Assembly (NCBI RefSeq): GCF_030684315.1
Contig: NC_081390.1
Location: 5,456,001-5,520,000 of the forward strand
Direction of reading: 5' to 3'
From: Stegostoma tigrinum
Lineage: Eukaryota
DNA length: 64,000 nt
The notes beneath the pieces are model-generated. The model did not search any database, had not been told where the DNA came from, and saw only the letters and a list, made by a program, of their open reading frames with translations. Each line of letters starts with the position of its first letter. Position 1 is the first letter of the stretch. Both the position numbers and the translations under genes were made by a program. This document shows positions 39,882-51,372 of the stretch, in pieces.

Positions 39882-40444
39882 CGTTGCAGGTTGGCTGCTC
39901 CCCTGAACCAGCGTTAGGCCGAAGCCAGCATTAAGATTCACCGGTTGCAAGGGTGCACAGCCAACCCGACGTCTTCCTTCCACCCCCAACACAGTCGCGC
40001 TCTCCTCTTCTCAGTCCACAAAAGAGTGGGTCTTTATTTTGTTCTGGATGTAAGCTGGTTCACTGAGCTGGAAGGTGCGTTCCCAGACAATCCGTCACCA
40101 TTCTAGGTAACATCATCAGTGAGCCTCCGGTGAAGCGCTGGTGTTATGTCCCGCTTTCTATTTACGTGTTTAGGTTTCCTTGGGTTGGTGATGTCATTTC
40201 CTGTGTTGATGTCATTTCCTGTTCTTTTTCTCAGAGGGTGGTAGATGGGCTCCAAATCAATGTGTTTGTTGATGGCATTCCAACCAGAACTCCATCAACA
40301 AACACCTTGATTTGGAGCCCATCTACTACCCTCTGAGAAAAAGAACAGGAAATGACATCAACACAGGAAATGACATCACCAACCCAAGGAAACCTAAACA
40401 CGTAAATAGAAAGCGGGACATAACACCAGCGCTTCACCGGAGGC

Positions 40445-40484
40445 TCACTGATGATGTTACCTAGAATGATGACGAAACGTCTGA
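40445..40484 (+). ncRNA. Minimal type I hammerhead ribozyme motif (Penelope-associated)
   Basis: tca-CTGATGA-t-GTTACC-tagaat-GATGAC-GAAA-C-GTC-tga. Intact CUGANGA and GAAA cores, stem II with one mismatch, palindromic ACGT in place of stem III, GUC cleavage triplet, short stem I. Confidence 0.6.
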
Positions 40485-41407
40485 AAACAAACCTTTTAGC
40501 TCAGCGAGCAAACTTATATCCGAAACCTCAACCTAAGCTACAAATCTTCTCAAAACTCGCCATCTTCAAGCCTCTTTTTCTTATATTCCTTTTATGGAGG
40601 GTAAAATAAAACTGCTTGACTTAACTGACCGCAGAGTGGAGAGGAAATAATCACATTGCTTATTCCTTAAACTTTACATCTGAAGGTGTTCTCCAACATT
40701 CCTGGAATTGAGTTGCTAATGGCTCCTTGTTTGAAAGTACTGCAAAGCTATAATGCAGGAAACATTTCTGTTTAAATGATTCACACATTTGTCTTTACTG
40801 GAACTGGGAAGGTATGGATGGAATGGAGTTCAAAAACTGAGACCTGGTTGAACAACCCCTACTGAGCTAGTGACCTGCATGGCCTGTACTTGCTCTTGGC
40901 AGTATGTAGACATTGGGTATGGATAAGCAGACGTTTCAGAGCTATTTGGTTACCTCCTTCCATATCCATTGCTGAACCTAAGTGAAGCCTCGTTTCCCAT
41001 TGATTGGTCTCTTTGGAATTAATTAACCTTGACTGGAGGATCTCTGCAAACAAAAACATGGTGCCTGTCCTCTGAATTCTCTCTGCTTCCCTCCAGCAGC
41101 CCCTGCTGATTCCACCTAGCTGTCTCCAGCAAGGTGGTAGAAGTCAGGATATACTGTGATTGATTTGCTAACATAACACTATTAAACTACTTAAAATCAC
41201 CGTAAGTCTTTGGTTCTAAGTACAACTTTAATGACATTCAAGACCTTTGACATTTCTTTTAACTGTGTATTTATTTTTGTTCTCTTTTACTGTTTGAACT
41301 GTTTGAGGGCTGAGTGTTGATAGTATCTCCCAAGATCAACAAATCTTTTACTACTGCTTTCTCTTTTCAGTGACTCACAATGACATATGCACCACTTTTA
41401 ACAGGAG

Positions 41408-42440
41408 TCACATAAGAGAATGGAGTAGGAGTATCTGCCCTGCCATTCTATAAGATTATAACTTCAACATCTCTTTTGTACCAGCTCAGCATAGCCTTCC
41501 AGTCCTTGATATTTCAAAAATCGATCTACTCTCAGTGATATAGCCTCCACAACTCTCTGGTGCAGAAAATTCCAGCCCTTTCCTTCATATCGCAGTTTTA
41601 TGGGATTCTCCAACTATGTCCCAAATTTGAGATTTCCCACTAGCAGAAACATCTTCTCAAGATCTACCCTGTGAAACCCACCAGGATCTTGCATGTTTCA
41701 ATAAGATCACCACTCTAAACTCAAATGAATAAAGTCCTAATCTGTTTAACTGTTCTTGATAAGTCACCCCCTTCATCTCAGGAATCAGCCTGATGAGTCT
41801 CGTTTGTCTTCAATGCCAGCCTATCCTTTTTTGAATACATTGACCAAAATTGTGCACAATTCTCCAGCTGCAGCCTCAGCAATACCCTTTACAATTGTAA
41901 CAAGATTTATCTATTTTTAAACTCCACCACACTAGCAATAAAGGTCAAAATTCCATTTGCCTTTTTAATTGTTTGCTGCAGCTTCATGCACAAGAACACT
42001 CAGATCCACGTATTATACTTTTCTGGAGTCTCTATCAATTTGAATAGTATTCTACTTTTGATTCTTCCTACCAAAATGTTCAACCTCATACTTTAAGCTC
42101 TATCCACTAAGTAATTGCCCACTAACTGAACCTATGCAGATTCAATGTGTCTTCATTACAACTTGCCCTCCTGCCTATTCTTGTATCATCAACAAATTCA
42201 TTACATTCTGCCCCCTCTTCCAAGTTATCAATATAGATAATAAACAATTGAGGCCTTATGATTAATCTTTGAGGCACTCTAATTTTTGTCATTCCAACCT
42301 GAAAAAGCCACATTATCCCCGACTGTATTCTTTGCGTTAACCAATCCTGTACCCAAGTTCATACATTACCGCTAATATCAGTGAGCTTGTATCTTGTGCA
42401 ATAACATTTTATATGGCACCTTATCAAATGTCATTCTTAA
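41408..42440 (-). mobile_element. Old CR1 fragment
   Basis: VPQRLIIRPQLFIIYIDNLEEG...FVDDTRIG (degenerate RT) plus a CR1-like tail. Confidence 0.7.
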
Positions 42441-42748
42441 GCCCAATCATCAATAAGGTATTAAAAGTGGGACCCAAAATGATATACAATAGTCAACATA
42501 TTTAAGCCTCAGAATGAGAGAATTGAAATAGAGGGGTTTACATAGAAGATTGGCAAGTTGTCTTTTCATACAAGCGTATGTAATTTCCTCTTAGGTTCTG
42601 AATTTGGAATCAGAAATGGGGAGGTACAAGTAACTTCTGCTTACCCATTGCCACTTCTCTCCCTCACCCCAGAGAAATGTTTCCCTGCATTGCTTTCTTC
42701 CTTTTCACCATTTGCTCTCCTGTCCTTTCTCACTCCCACGACTGATAG

Positions 42749-42949
42749 TGAGTATACGGATCATTTCAACCCCAACATCCTGAAGGATTCTGTGTTGTCC
42801 ACACACAAGCCCATCGAGGTGAGAGGTCCTGGTGGGAAGGCCACCATCATCCATGCCCAGTATAACACCCCCATCAGCATGTACTCCCAAGATGCCATCA
42901 TGGATGCCATTGCTGGCCAGGCTCATGCCAGAGGCAGTGATCTTTCAAG
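42749..42949 (+). CDS. LDB3: LDB3 skeletal-type ZM exon ('exon 6')
   Basis: gatag| acceptor and AG|gtaggc donor, 201 bp, phase 2 to 2. Reads EYTDHFNPNILKDSVLSTHKPIEVRGPGGKATIIHAQYNTPISMYSQDAIMDAIAGQAHARGSDLS, highly similar to the ZASP ZM region. Confidence 0.97.
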
Positions 42950-45122
42950 GTAGGCTAAGAGAATCTAAGATCTGTTGCCTGCATGCAAAGACCCTAAGGA
43001 ACCAAAGTGTATCATTGAAGTTTATAGACAAAAAGGCTATTTGAAATGTGTGAAGTGGTTAACATATAGTAAAAAGATGGTAATTAATTGATGATAGCAA
43101 ATGAAAAATTAACTTCTGTCCTGATAAGTTGAGCGATTCCTTTAGGAACATGTTCTTTCAAACTCTGCAGAGAGTCCATTGCCATGAGGGTTAAAAAACA
43201 AAAGAGACTGGGAACTAGAGTTGAATCTGGACATTTGGAGAGGTGTCTAGCCTCAGAAACACAAACTTCAGCAATGAAGCACTGATTTGCAGCTGCCATC
43301 TTGATGTACGTTTTTTTCCCATCTTCATCTGTGCTTCCTTTCTCCCTTGGTGTTGCTTAATGGCAAAGGATGGTTCGGCTCAATGGCCTGTTTCTATGCC
43401 TGTACTCAACATGGACTGCCCATCTCCGCCCATTGCCCACAGGGCAAAATCAAAGGAATGGTTCCTGTTTGACATATTTGAGTGGCAAGACCCAGGATTT
43501 GACACCAGATCTCTGTCAGGTCCAAGTGAAGCAAAAGGGCCAACTGCCCGTCATGAAATTATTGGCTGGGTTTGTGTAGTTTTATTTTTTAGTGCTGTGG
43601 ATAGAACAGACATTAGTGAGTTTAATTTTCAGAATTTTTAGGAACTTTGCTCTTCAGGGCCTCTCTATGCAACAGCTTTTTCCAACCTATTCAACATATT
43701 CCATGGCACATGAGCTGTCTATAGATGTAGCTGTATGTTTGTGTACGTCTGTCTGACTGTATATGTGCTGCCTACATCTGGCGTTGAACACTTGGATTCC
43801 TTAGGGGTCAGTCAGAGGTTGAAATCAGAATGTGTTTCTTTTCTTTGCAGCCTTAACTTTGGCAGAGGGGCCTTAATTGTCAACACAATTTGATGCATTA
43901 CTTACATTTTATGTTGGGTTTTAAAAATTCATGTCATGGATGAAGTTTTACTGGTAATTGCGTTGCTTACTATTGGATAAAGGCTTCAATTTGTAAGGCT
44001 CCCTTTGGTTGTCATAGAGTCAGTAATAACTGGTATATGTGTTAAATAAATGACTGGTATGTTCTCCAACTGATATAATCTATCTGCCTGTGACTGATGC
44101 TCACCTATCTTGAAAGAACTGCACTGTCTTGCCAGCCTGAAATTCCCATGCCATTTTGAATTTCAGGCTATCACCAATCATTCTTGTACTTCGTCAAACA
44201 AGATGGAGCATTGAATATAATCACTGCTGTTGATTTTAAGTTGATTGAGGGATGTAATTTGCTGCTATAGCATTTGAACATAGAAAATGGAATTAACTTT
44301 TTGTTGGTTGTCGTCAGTGAAATGAGTTTACTCGAGGTTGCCTCAGTTCCTGGGAAACAAGCATTCAGAGCAACCTGTATTTTTATTGGGTATTAAATTG
44401 ATAATGCTACTTACAGTCCACTGAATTGGCCTCTGTTCAAGTTGGAAGAGTGACAATGGTAGTAGAAACTGATTGAAATTGGGACATTGTACCAAAAGAT
44501 CTGTACCATCCATCTAACAATGTATATTGATTTGGAAGTGCTCAATGTTGGGTACAAAACCTGATCTATCATTTAACAAGTAAAAGGGGAAAAAGCATTG
44601 AACTCCGATTCATGATATAAAAGATTTTTTTATATTAAGACTCAAGTTTTGCAAATGATATCATGTTACCTTTATAATGTAACATCTTTTAGAGTTTTCT
44701 ACACTGATGATATCTGAAACTGGCCTTATCTGATTGTACCTTCACTGTGGTAACAGTTTATGTAGTGTAAGTTCTCCTTGTAATTGTGTGCTCTCCCCTT
44801 TGGATAGCTTGCTGAGGTCTTCTGAATTGTCGACAATGTTGAAAATCCTCTGTAGGTCAGGGATTTGTGTTGCGATATTTTCATGTTTTGTTTGGTAAAC
44901 CAATATTTTATTCTAACTGTGTATTGCTTCTCTTTCTCCAACCCCAACCAACGACCTCCAACCCCACCTACCCCACTCTCTCACCCCCTCCACCATTCCC
45001 ATTTCTAACACACAATTGTCATTGTCACTTATTGTTACTTGTCAATCAAATCAACCTACCTCCTAATAATCATGGACACCAATGATCAATGCCCTGGTGG
45101 TGTTTGATCATATGACCCTCAG

Positions 45123-45143
45123 TGGTCCTGAACCTCCATTTGC
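45123..45143 (+). CDS. LDB3: Candidate LDB3 21-nt in-frame microexon
   Basis: ctcag|TGGTCCTGAACCTCCATTTGC|gtaagt with a strong donor, phase 2 to 2. Gives ...SDLS-S-GPEPPF-A-NLHVKD..., positionally like the short ASPLA insertion of mouse skeletal Cypher. Confidence 0.65.
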
Positions 45144-48100
45144 GTAAGTAGGTCCATCTTTCATAACCATACTATTGTTTCTTAACACAATCGTACTAAA
45201 CTCACATGGGCCAGCGACACCATTTCAATCATAGATCGGGGAGGTGGGAATTTCTATTTTTTTGTTTTACATTGAAATTGTGTCATGACATCTTCATTTT
45301 TGGTTTCTATTTTTAGGGAAAAAAATCTGAATATTTTCTAAAAGCATTTTACTGTTCCCACCCCCATCAATAACAAATAATCTGAAATGTGACCATTTGT
45401 CAGCTTTTCAATTATTAGACTCTTGACAGCATTAATATTTTTGGAAGGGGAATTTGTGCTGCCAGTTGTTTGATGCTAGTCACATCAGTTGCAATTGAAT
45501 GGGTACAAAGAAGCCCAGTTTCATGGGATGTGGTGTGGAAGGCCTACTTTTCATGGTCTCGCATTACCCTAGTCCACCTGCTTCTAACTTGGAAGTTTGC
45601 AATGTAGAGAGAGGCTTCACACAGTGTCTAAATAAACCAATAGAATAAGCCATTTAATGTTCTGTAAGGTGAATGTGGACCTAAAGAGAAATACATGATG
45701 TGCTAGTCCAAATTCACAGGATTTGGCTGAAATGGGACAGGACCACAGTGTTTTTCAGATAGCTTTATTAATGTCAGTTTGATGTTTGTGTTAGGACATG
45801 GTGAGGAGAGGTGGAAGTGTTTGCATATAATATATCTGTGCCTATTTGACAATCTGCGATGTAAAGCTGACCGCTGGTTAGTAATCTGATGGTATGAAGG
45901 CAGTGCTTGCATTTGACTTCCATTATGTACTTATGAAAGCCTCCTAAAATGATGGGTATCATCAGTTATTTGTTTCACCTAATGACCCATTGTTCATCTG
46001 GATACTGTTTCAGAATTGACCTTTTTATTTATGGGCAATGTTTATCCTTTGCAATCAAATCTGATTCAAAAATATATATCTTGACCAGCAGAGTTTAAAG
46101 TAGATAAATACAAAGTAATCAGTCCAAACTTAAGACTATGGGCTTAATGAAATGGCAAAGCAGCATATTAATTAGAAAAGTGAACTGTTGCAAACATAAT
46201 CAGCCCAGCTGGCAGCTATCATTAATCTATAGAATTGTAGAATAAAGAAACCAGTAGTCATGGGAAGATGTGTATAGGTCAACCAAACAGGAACAGAATC
46301 ATTGATTGATGTCAGGGTTCTTAATTGTGTAGGGAAGGTATTATGTCCTAAAAGAGAGTGCAGTGCAAGGCAAAAAAAGTTGACTTTTTTTGAGAATTTA
46401 AACTAAAGACAAGGTTAGGGAAACTAGATTGTACTTTAATGGAAGTGAGGTATGGAAGGAAATCACCAAAGTTGATCACAGTCACCGTTGATACCACAGA
46501 TGAGGAAGTCAAACTTTAAATATTAGAATATTAAAAGAAGACAAAGATGTTCGACCAATCTGTTTCATAATAATAGACTAAAGGAGTAAGATACTAGGTA
46601 TAAATGAGCCACAGTGGTGTCAATATTTGGTGTTCTCAACAATTTGGTGGCTTTTTGGGACCAAACGTTGTTTTCATGTTCCTGAGATATCCTGCATTCC
46701 TAATGCATACCTTCAGCACACACAAGTGAGTTCAAATATTATCTAGAAAAATTAAAATGTGTAAGGAATTCTTCCGGCAGTGTTTTTGCACTTATTTTAA
46801 TTTGGTAAAAATCAGTGTAAACCTAAAATGCTGATGTCTGCCCTTACAATTCCCAAAATGTTGCATGGAATGTCAAACTGAGTGTGTAATATGTACTATA
46901 ACTCATATTTTAAAACTACCAAGTCAATCCGTAGGTTGTCCCTGATCTATAGACTCTTTCACTGTATAAGCCAGAAATTCATTTGATTTTGATATTCCTA
47001 ACCTGAGCTAACTACCGCTGTCAGAGTTTGGTGTCATGGTTCAAAACCACCCAGTGACAAAATTAACTTCTGTATACAGTGTAACTGCTCTAACGTTTTG
47101 GAGTGGACTATAATCAGGAATGCACTCAAGAATGTCTTGAGTAGAAGGTTGGAGACTGTTGGAATGTTTTGTGCAGCCATTAATAAAGGTTATTCAATCA
47201 CATGAGTTTGTATCTGAGGAGGTACAAACTTCATAGTATTAATCTTAAAAGAAATGTAAGTTATTGATTGGCAGAGAGCTGTGTTTTAGTCTGATATATG
47301 CATAAAAGGTTGTGTTGTCAAAAAGGCTACAATTGTTTAAAACATAAAATACCAAGGGGAATCTATCATGTCATCCACAGAAATAGTGGAATGATGGGGT
47401 TAGGCTGTTTGGAGATTTGAACGATGGCTGGAGACCAAAAAAATTAGTTTCAGCTGTCCTAGCCAACCATAAATCAAATCTGTCTGTTCCATACTTATTT
47501 TGAAAAGTGTGAGATCTTCTAACATTGTTTAATAATTCTACTGACAATTGCTGAATGAAAGTGTTTCTGTGAAATGTGTACAGTAATTAAAGTAACACCA
47601 ATTGCAAAATTGTCTATATGATCCATTTCTATATATTGACAGTACTGACTCTTATGATGATGCCCCCAGTGACAGGAATAGCAACAGGGCTTCACTGTGA
47701 CATGTCAAGTGATGGGCTAAATGATGTTATGATGAAATCTTCGTACTTAGCATTGTTTTGCTTTGGGGCCATTGAACTTCAGAGAAAATAACATACAATG
47801 TTTATACCAATGAATTGATGATGGAACTTCTGTTGATATTAAGAGGTGACAGCTGGGCATTGCTGTTAGCATTCTTTACTATGACTGTAGCAGGGAAATG
47901 AGACTTCAGGCAAAAAATGGTTAAAGAAAGCAGGTGATAATGAAGAATAACTTCAGAGTACAAAACCTGCTGGTTAAGTAGTCGGATGGTACATTTTTAA
48001 GGTACTGGTCAGTTAAGCACAGTGCTGTTTATCTGTGGTTTACCTTCTGAATGAGGACTGCGTGCAAGTAATAAGGCAAATCCAAGATGTTTGAGAGATG

Positions 48101-50698
48101 CCTATGAAGATTTAAAATTTTTAGCCTGTTTTTGTTTGGGTCACACATTCTACATGCTGTCTATAAAACTCTACAGAGAATTTATCTGAGGTACAGACAT
48201 TCCTTTCCTGCCAACGTCAGCAGTAATTTTGTTTCTGTCCATTTGTTGACTGTTGGCTGGTAGGGAATGTTCAGTTCGATCTAGAAATTAAGGTTGTCCC
48301 AACACCCGATGGATGTTGATGGAATGCAATTTTGTTTGCTATTATACATATAACATAGAATGGAAGTATGTCTGATATTTTTGTCCTGATTCTCAATTCT
48401 TTAACTGATATATACAAACTGGATTTAATTTTCAGTATTCCATACTTAACTTCAACATCCCAGCTTTTGGGGAAATTATTAATGTCCCTTGAACTAATGA
48501 TCCAAGGTTGGCAACTACTTGTAATATTTCATAGTGATGTTTACTGCCTGTCAGTTCAATAATCTTTGCAGCTCATTTTTTAATTACAACCTATAGTACA
48601 TTTTTTAAGAGTTGCTCCTTTACTATAAACTTTATATGTGATTTAGATAGGTCAAATGTGCCTGGATGTCCATCGAACAAAATAATTGCCTTTCTTGTTT
48701 TAGGATATCTGGACTTAATTCAGTTTAGTTGCTTTATTCTCATCCATATGATCAAGGTCTAAATTACGGTTGAAATAACTCCATTATTGGGATGGAGCAA
48801 CTCTAAAAGGAGGTGGGGATCATGATACACTCATTCCATTTCTAATGTCTTTGCACACTGAGGAAATGAAGGATAGTGCGGGGAAGTAGGTGGAAACTAA
48901 GTCATGATTTTATTGAATGGTGGAGCAGGCTCAAGACCTTAAATGGCCTATTCTTACCTGACATCTTATGGAAACACCATCCCATTTTAGAAAATGAAAA
49001 GCATTACAAATCTGCTTGCAATGGTTGATCTAAATGTACAGTTTCTGGACTCTGGACATGATTGGTTAATCGCATGCCATGCTCTTATCCCTACTCATTG
49101 GCTTCTGCAGGAAGAGGTAGGGTGAGAATATGTTATCTGTGAGTAGCCAAAGGCAACCTAGATGAATGTGAACATTTAGCTAGGACTTGTCTTTCAAGCC
49201 AACTATAATCAGCTGATGAGTCCCAGTCTGGAACAGAAGAAAGATGACCTGCATTGATGTAGAGGTGAGTACTTAACTAACTGACTTCAAGATTGTTTTC
49301 ATGAAAAGTTGGCTCACACTTCAGAACCTTGCTTCATCCACCATTCCTACATTGTTTTTTTCTTCCGTCTTGCTTTCCAATCCTCTCTTACGTTGGACAG
49401 CTGGGTAAGAAAGCCAATTCACTGCTCCACAACTACCCACTCTGGATTATACCCACCTGAAAACACTGTTTAGAGACAAATTATTTTGTTTTCCCTTCCA
49501 TCCTGCTTAATTCCTGTGGTTCCACTCACCCTGCCACCTGACCGCCAGGCTTATATGGATTTAACATTTGCCTCTCACTGGGACTTGACTGTGCACCAGC
49601 CTTGTGAAGTCAGGGTGTTCACCATAGTCATTTTTTGCAATTGAACAAATCCAGCACTGATATAAAAGTTTAAGCTTGTGGAAACACAAACTATAGACAA
49701 TAACAAAAAAAATTGAATGTCTCCTTTTTTGCGGAGGGTGAGGGAAATGTTTTTGACTGATGAATTTGAATTTCTCTCACGGAATCAGATCATATTTAAG
49801 ACTAATTAGCATTAAACATTTTGGGGGAAGGAACGGTGGCCTACATTTTGGCCTGAAGACTTATTTCCTTATTTAAGGTCACCCTTACTGCCACCTGGAA
49901 AAAATGGCAGCTTCCTCGTAATTGACCAGTGGCTTCTGGCCTGCATTAATGTTATTTTGTCTTGGGCAAGGGGAGGCAGTATAAATGAGGTCTGTCTTAA
50001 ATCAGGGCTGAGTTTTACTTTCGGTCCTATCTGATTTGTTTAATACCATTGTTAACCCAATTCGGTAATTCCACCATTCCAGATCTAATATAACTGGACA
50101 CAACTGAAACTTAGGCATTAATTCATGTTTGCAGATAGGAAGGGTTGGTGAATTTCAATAATTCAGAATTATATTATTTTACTTAAATTTTGTACGCTGG
50201 TTCTTTTCAAACATTACTTTTTTTTTGCAAAGCTTATCAATGATAGCATATGTTTCAGAATTGTAACATATGCTGTCACCGAAGGGGTGGATGCAACTTC
50301 ACTTTTCCCCGGGGCATCCCAGCGGCCATGACAAAGGTTCCCTATTTAATATAGAGGGTACTAACTACAGCATGACATTGTGTTCTTTCCAGGGGCCTGC
50401 TTTGAAATTTCACCTGCACAGGCTTTCGAGAGGGCTTACCCAAACTTTTTGTAAGCTGCATTTAGAAAACAGACAATGAGGAAACATTTTGTGGCTCTGA
50501 AAATGTTTTTTTTTCAAAAACTTTTGTTATTGACCAAAGGGTATTTACGGACCTAAAGAAGAGCTAGCAAATGTCTTTCTCCAACTGAATGAACACCAAC
50601 ACAGATGAATACTGGGGTTGCCAGTGCTGGAGAATCACAGTGATATGTTAGGGGTTAGGATGTGTCATTGTAAAATGAAACTCTCTCTGTTATTGCAG

Positions 50699-50880
50699 TA
50701 ACCTACATGTTAAAGATGCTCTAGTCGACAGTACCTCTCCAGTCTACCAGGCTGTTGTTCGTAACTCTAACAAGCCCCAACAGACTCACCAGCAGGAGCT
50801 GGATGAATGGACTCGCCGGGCTGCCAATTTGCAGTCCAAATCTTTCCGTATGCTTGCTCAGATGACTGGAACACAATACT
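50699..50880 (+). CDS. LDB3: LDB3 shared exon (post-ZM conserved region)
   Basis: ttgcag| acceptor and |gtaagt donor, 182 bp. Reads [60 protein letters not shown], matching the LDB3 SPVYQAV...LQSRSFRILAQMTGTE motif. Confidence 0.96.
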
Positions 50881-51164
50881 GTAAGTATAGAGAAGCTTTC
50901 ATTCTGTTAATTGAAGTGAGGAGAAGTGAGTGGTGCACACAGAGACCACATTACTAATGAAACTTGAGGTTATATCCTGTACAAACTGGTGAGATAAAAG
51001 CCTTATTTCTTTCTGCTGGCCCTAAATGAAGTGAGCTGACCTAGAATTATCCTGGTTCTCACCAGGTACAGGTCCACAAAATGAAGTGGCTTGCGATTCG
51101 CACCAAATGAGCAGTCTCACTATAGGGAATAATGCAGTAAAAGGTGCTTCTATAAGGTTACTTA

Positions 51165-51372
51165 GGCAGAGTGGAGGGAGCTTTACTCTGTAACTGACTT
51201 TTACTGCATCTGACCCTGACATGCTTGACAGGACAGAGGAGAGGAAACTTTACTCTGTGCCAGATCCACAAATGCTTGACTGACAAGTGCTGAGAGGGCC
51301 TTCATTTTAATCAAACTCATGCTGTACCAACACAGGACGCTTGATGGGGCAGTGTGGAGGAAGCTTTACTGT
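51165..51372 (+). repeat. Degenerate tandem repeat, about 60-nt period
   Basis: gagggagctttactctgt / gaggaaactttactctgt / gagggccttcatttt / gaggaagctttactgt recur, each preceded by a gcttga-like motif. Confidence 0.5.

Larger units (their letters stand above)
34773..40093 (-). mobile_element. Near-full-length Tx1-type (L1 superfamily) non-LTR retrotransposon, frameshifted
   Basis: GC-rich 5.3 kb with ORF1 (CCHC knuckles) and ORF2 (APE endonuclease, RT, C-terminal Cys/His region). AATAAA on the minus strand (34796-34801) and an A-tail (34773-34779). GTCACC is duplicated at 34767-34772 and 40094-40099. Confidence 0.92.
34719..40561. mobile_element. Inverted (palindromic) Penelope-like insertion with 12-bp TSD, split by the Tx1 element
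   Basis: ATCTTCAAGCCT direct repeat at 34707-34718 and 40562-40573. Arms 40100-40275 and 40292-40467 are almost perfect reverse complements; ORFs 40130..40336(+) and 40231..40437(-) translate nearly identically. Contains a hammerhead motif typical of Penelope termini. Confidence 0.8.

Noticed and set aside
38420-39992. Possible host ZCCHC3-like zinc-knuckle gene antisense to LDB3
   Set aside because: It is frameshifted and directly followed by APE/RT coding sequence and a poly(A) tail, so it is Tx1 ORF1.
40130-40437. Two nearly identical 68-aa ORFs on opposite strands
   Set aside because: An artefact of the palindrome, not protein-coding genes.
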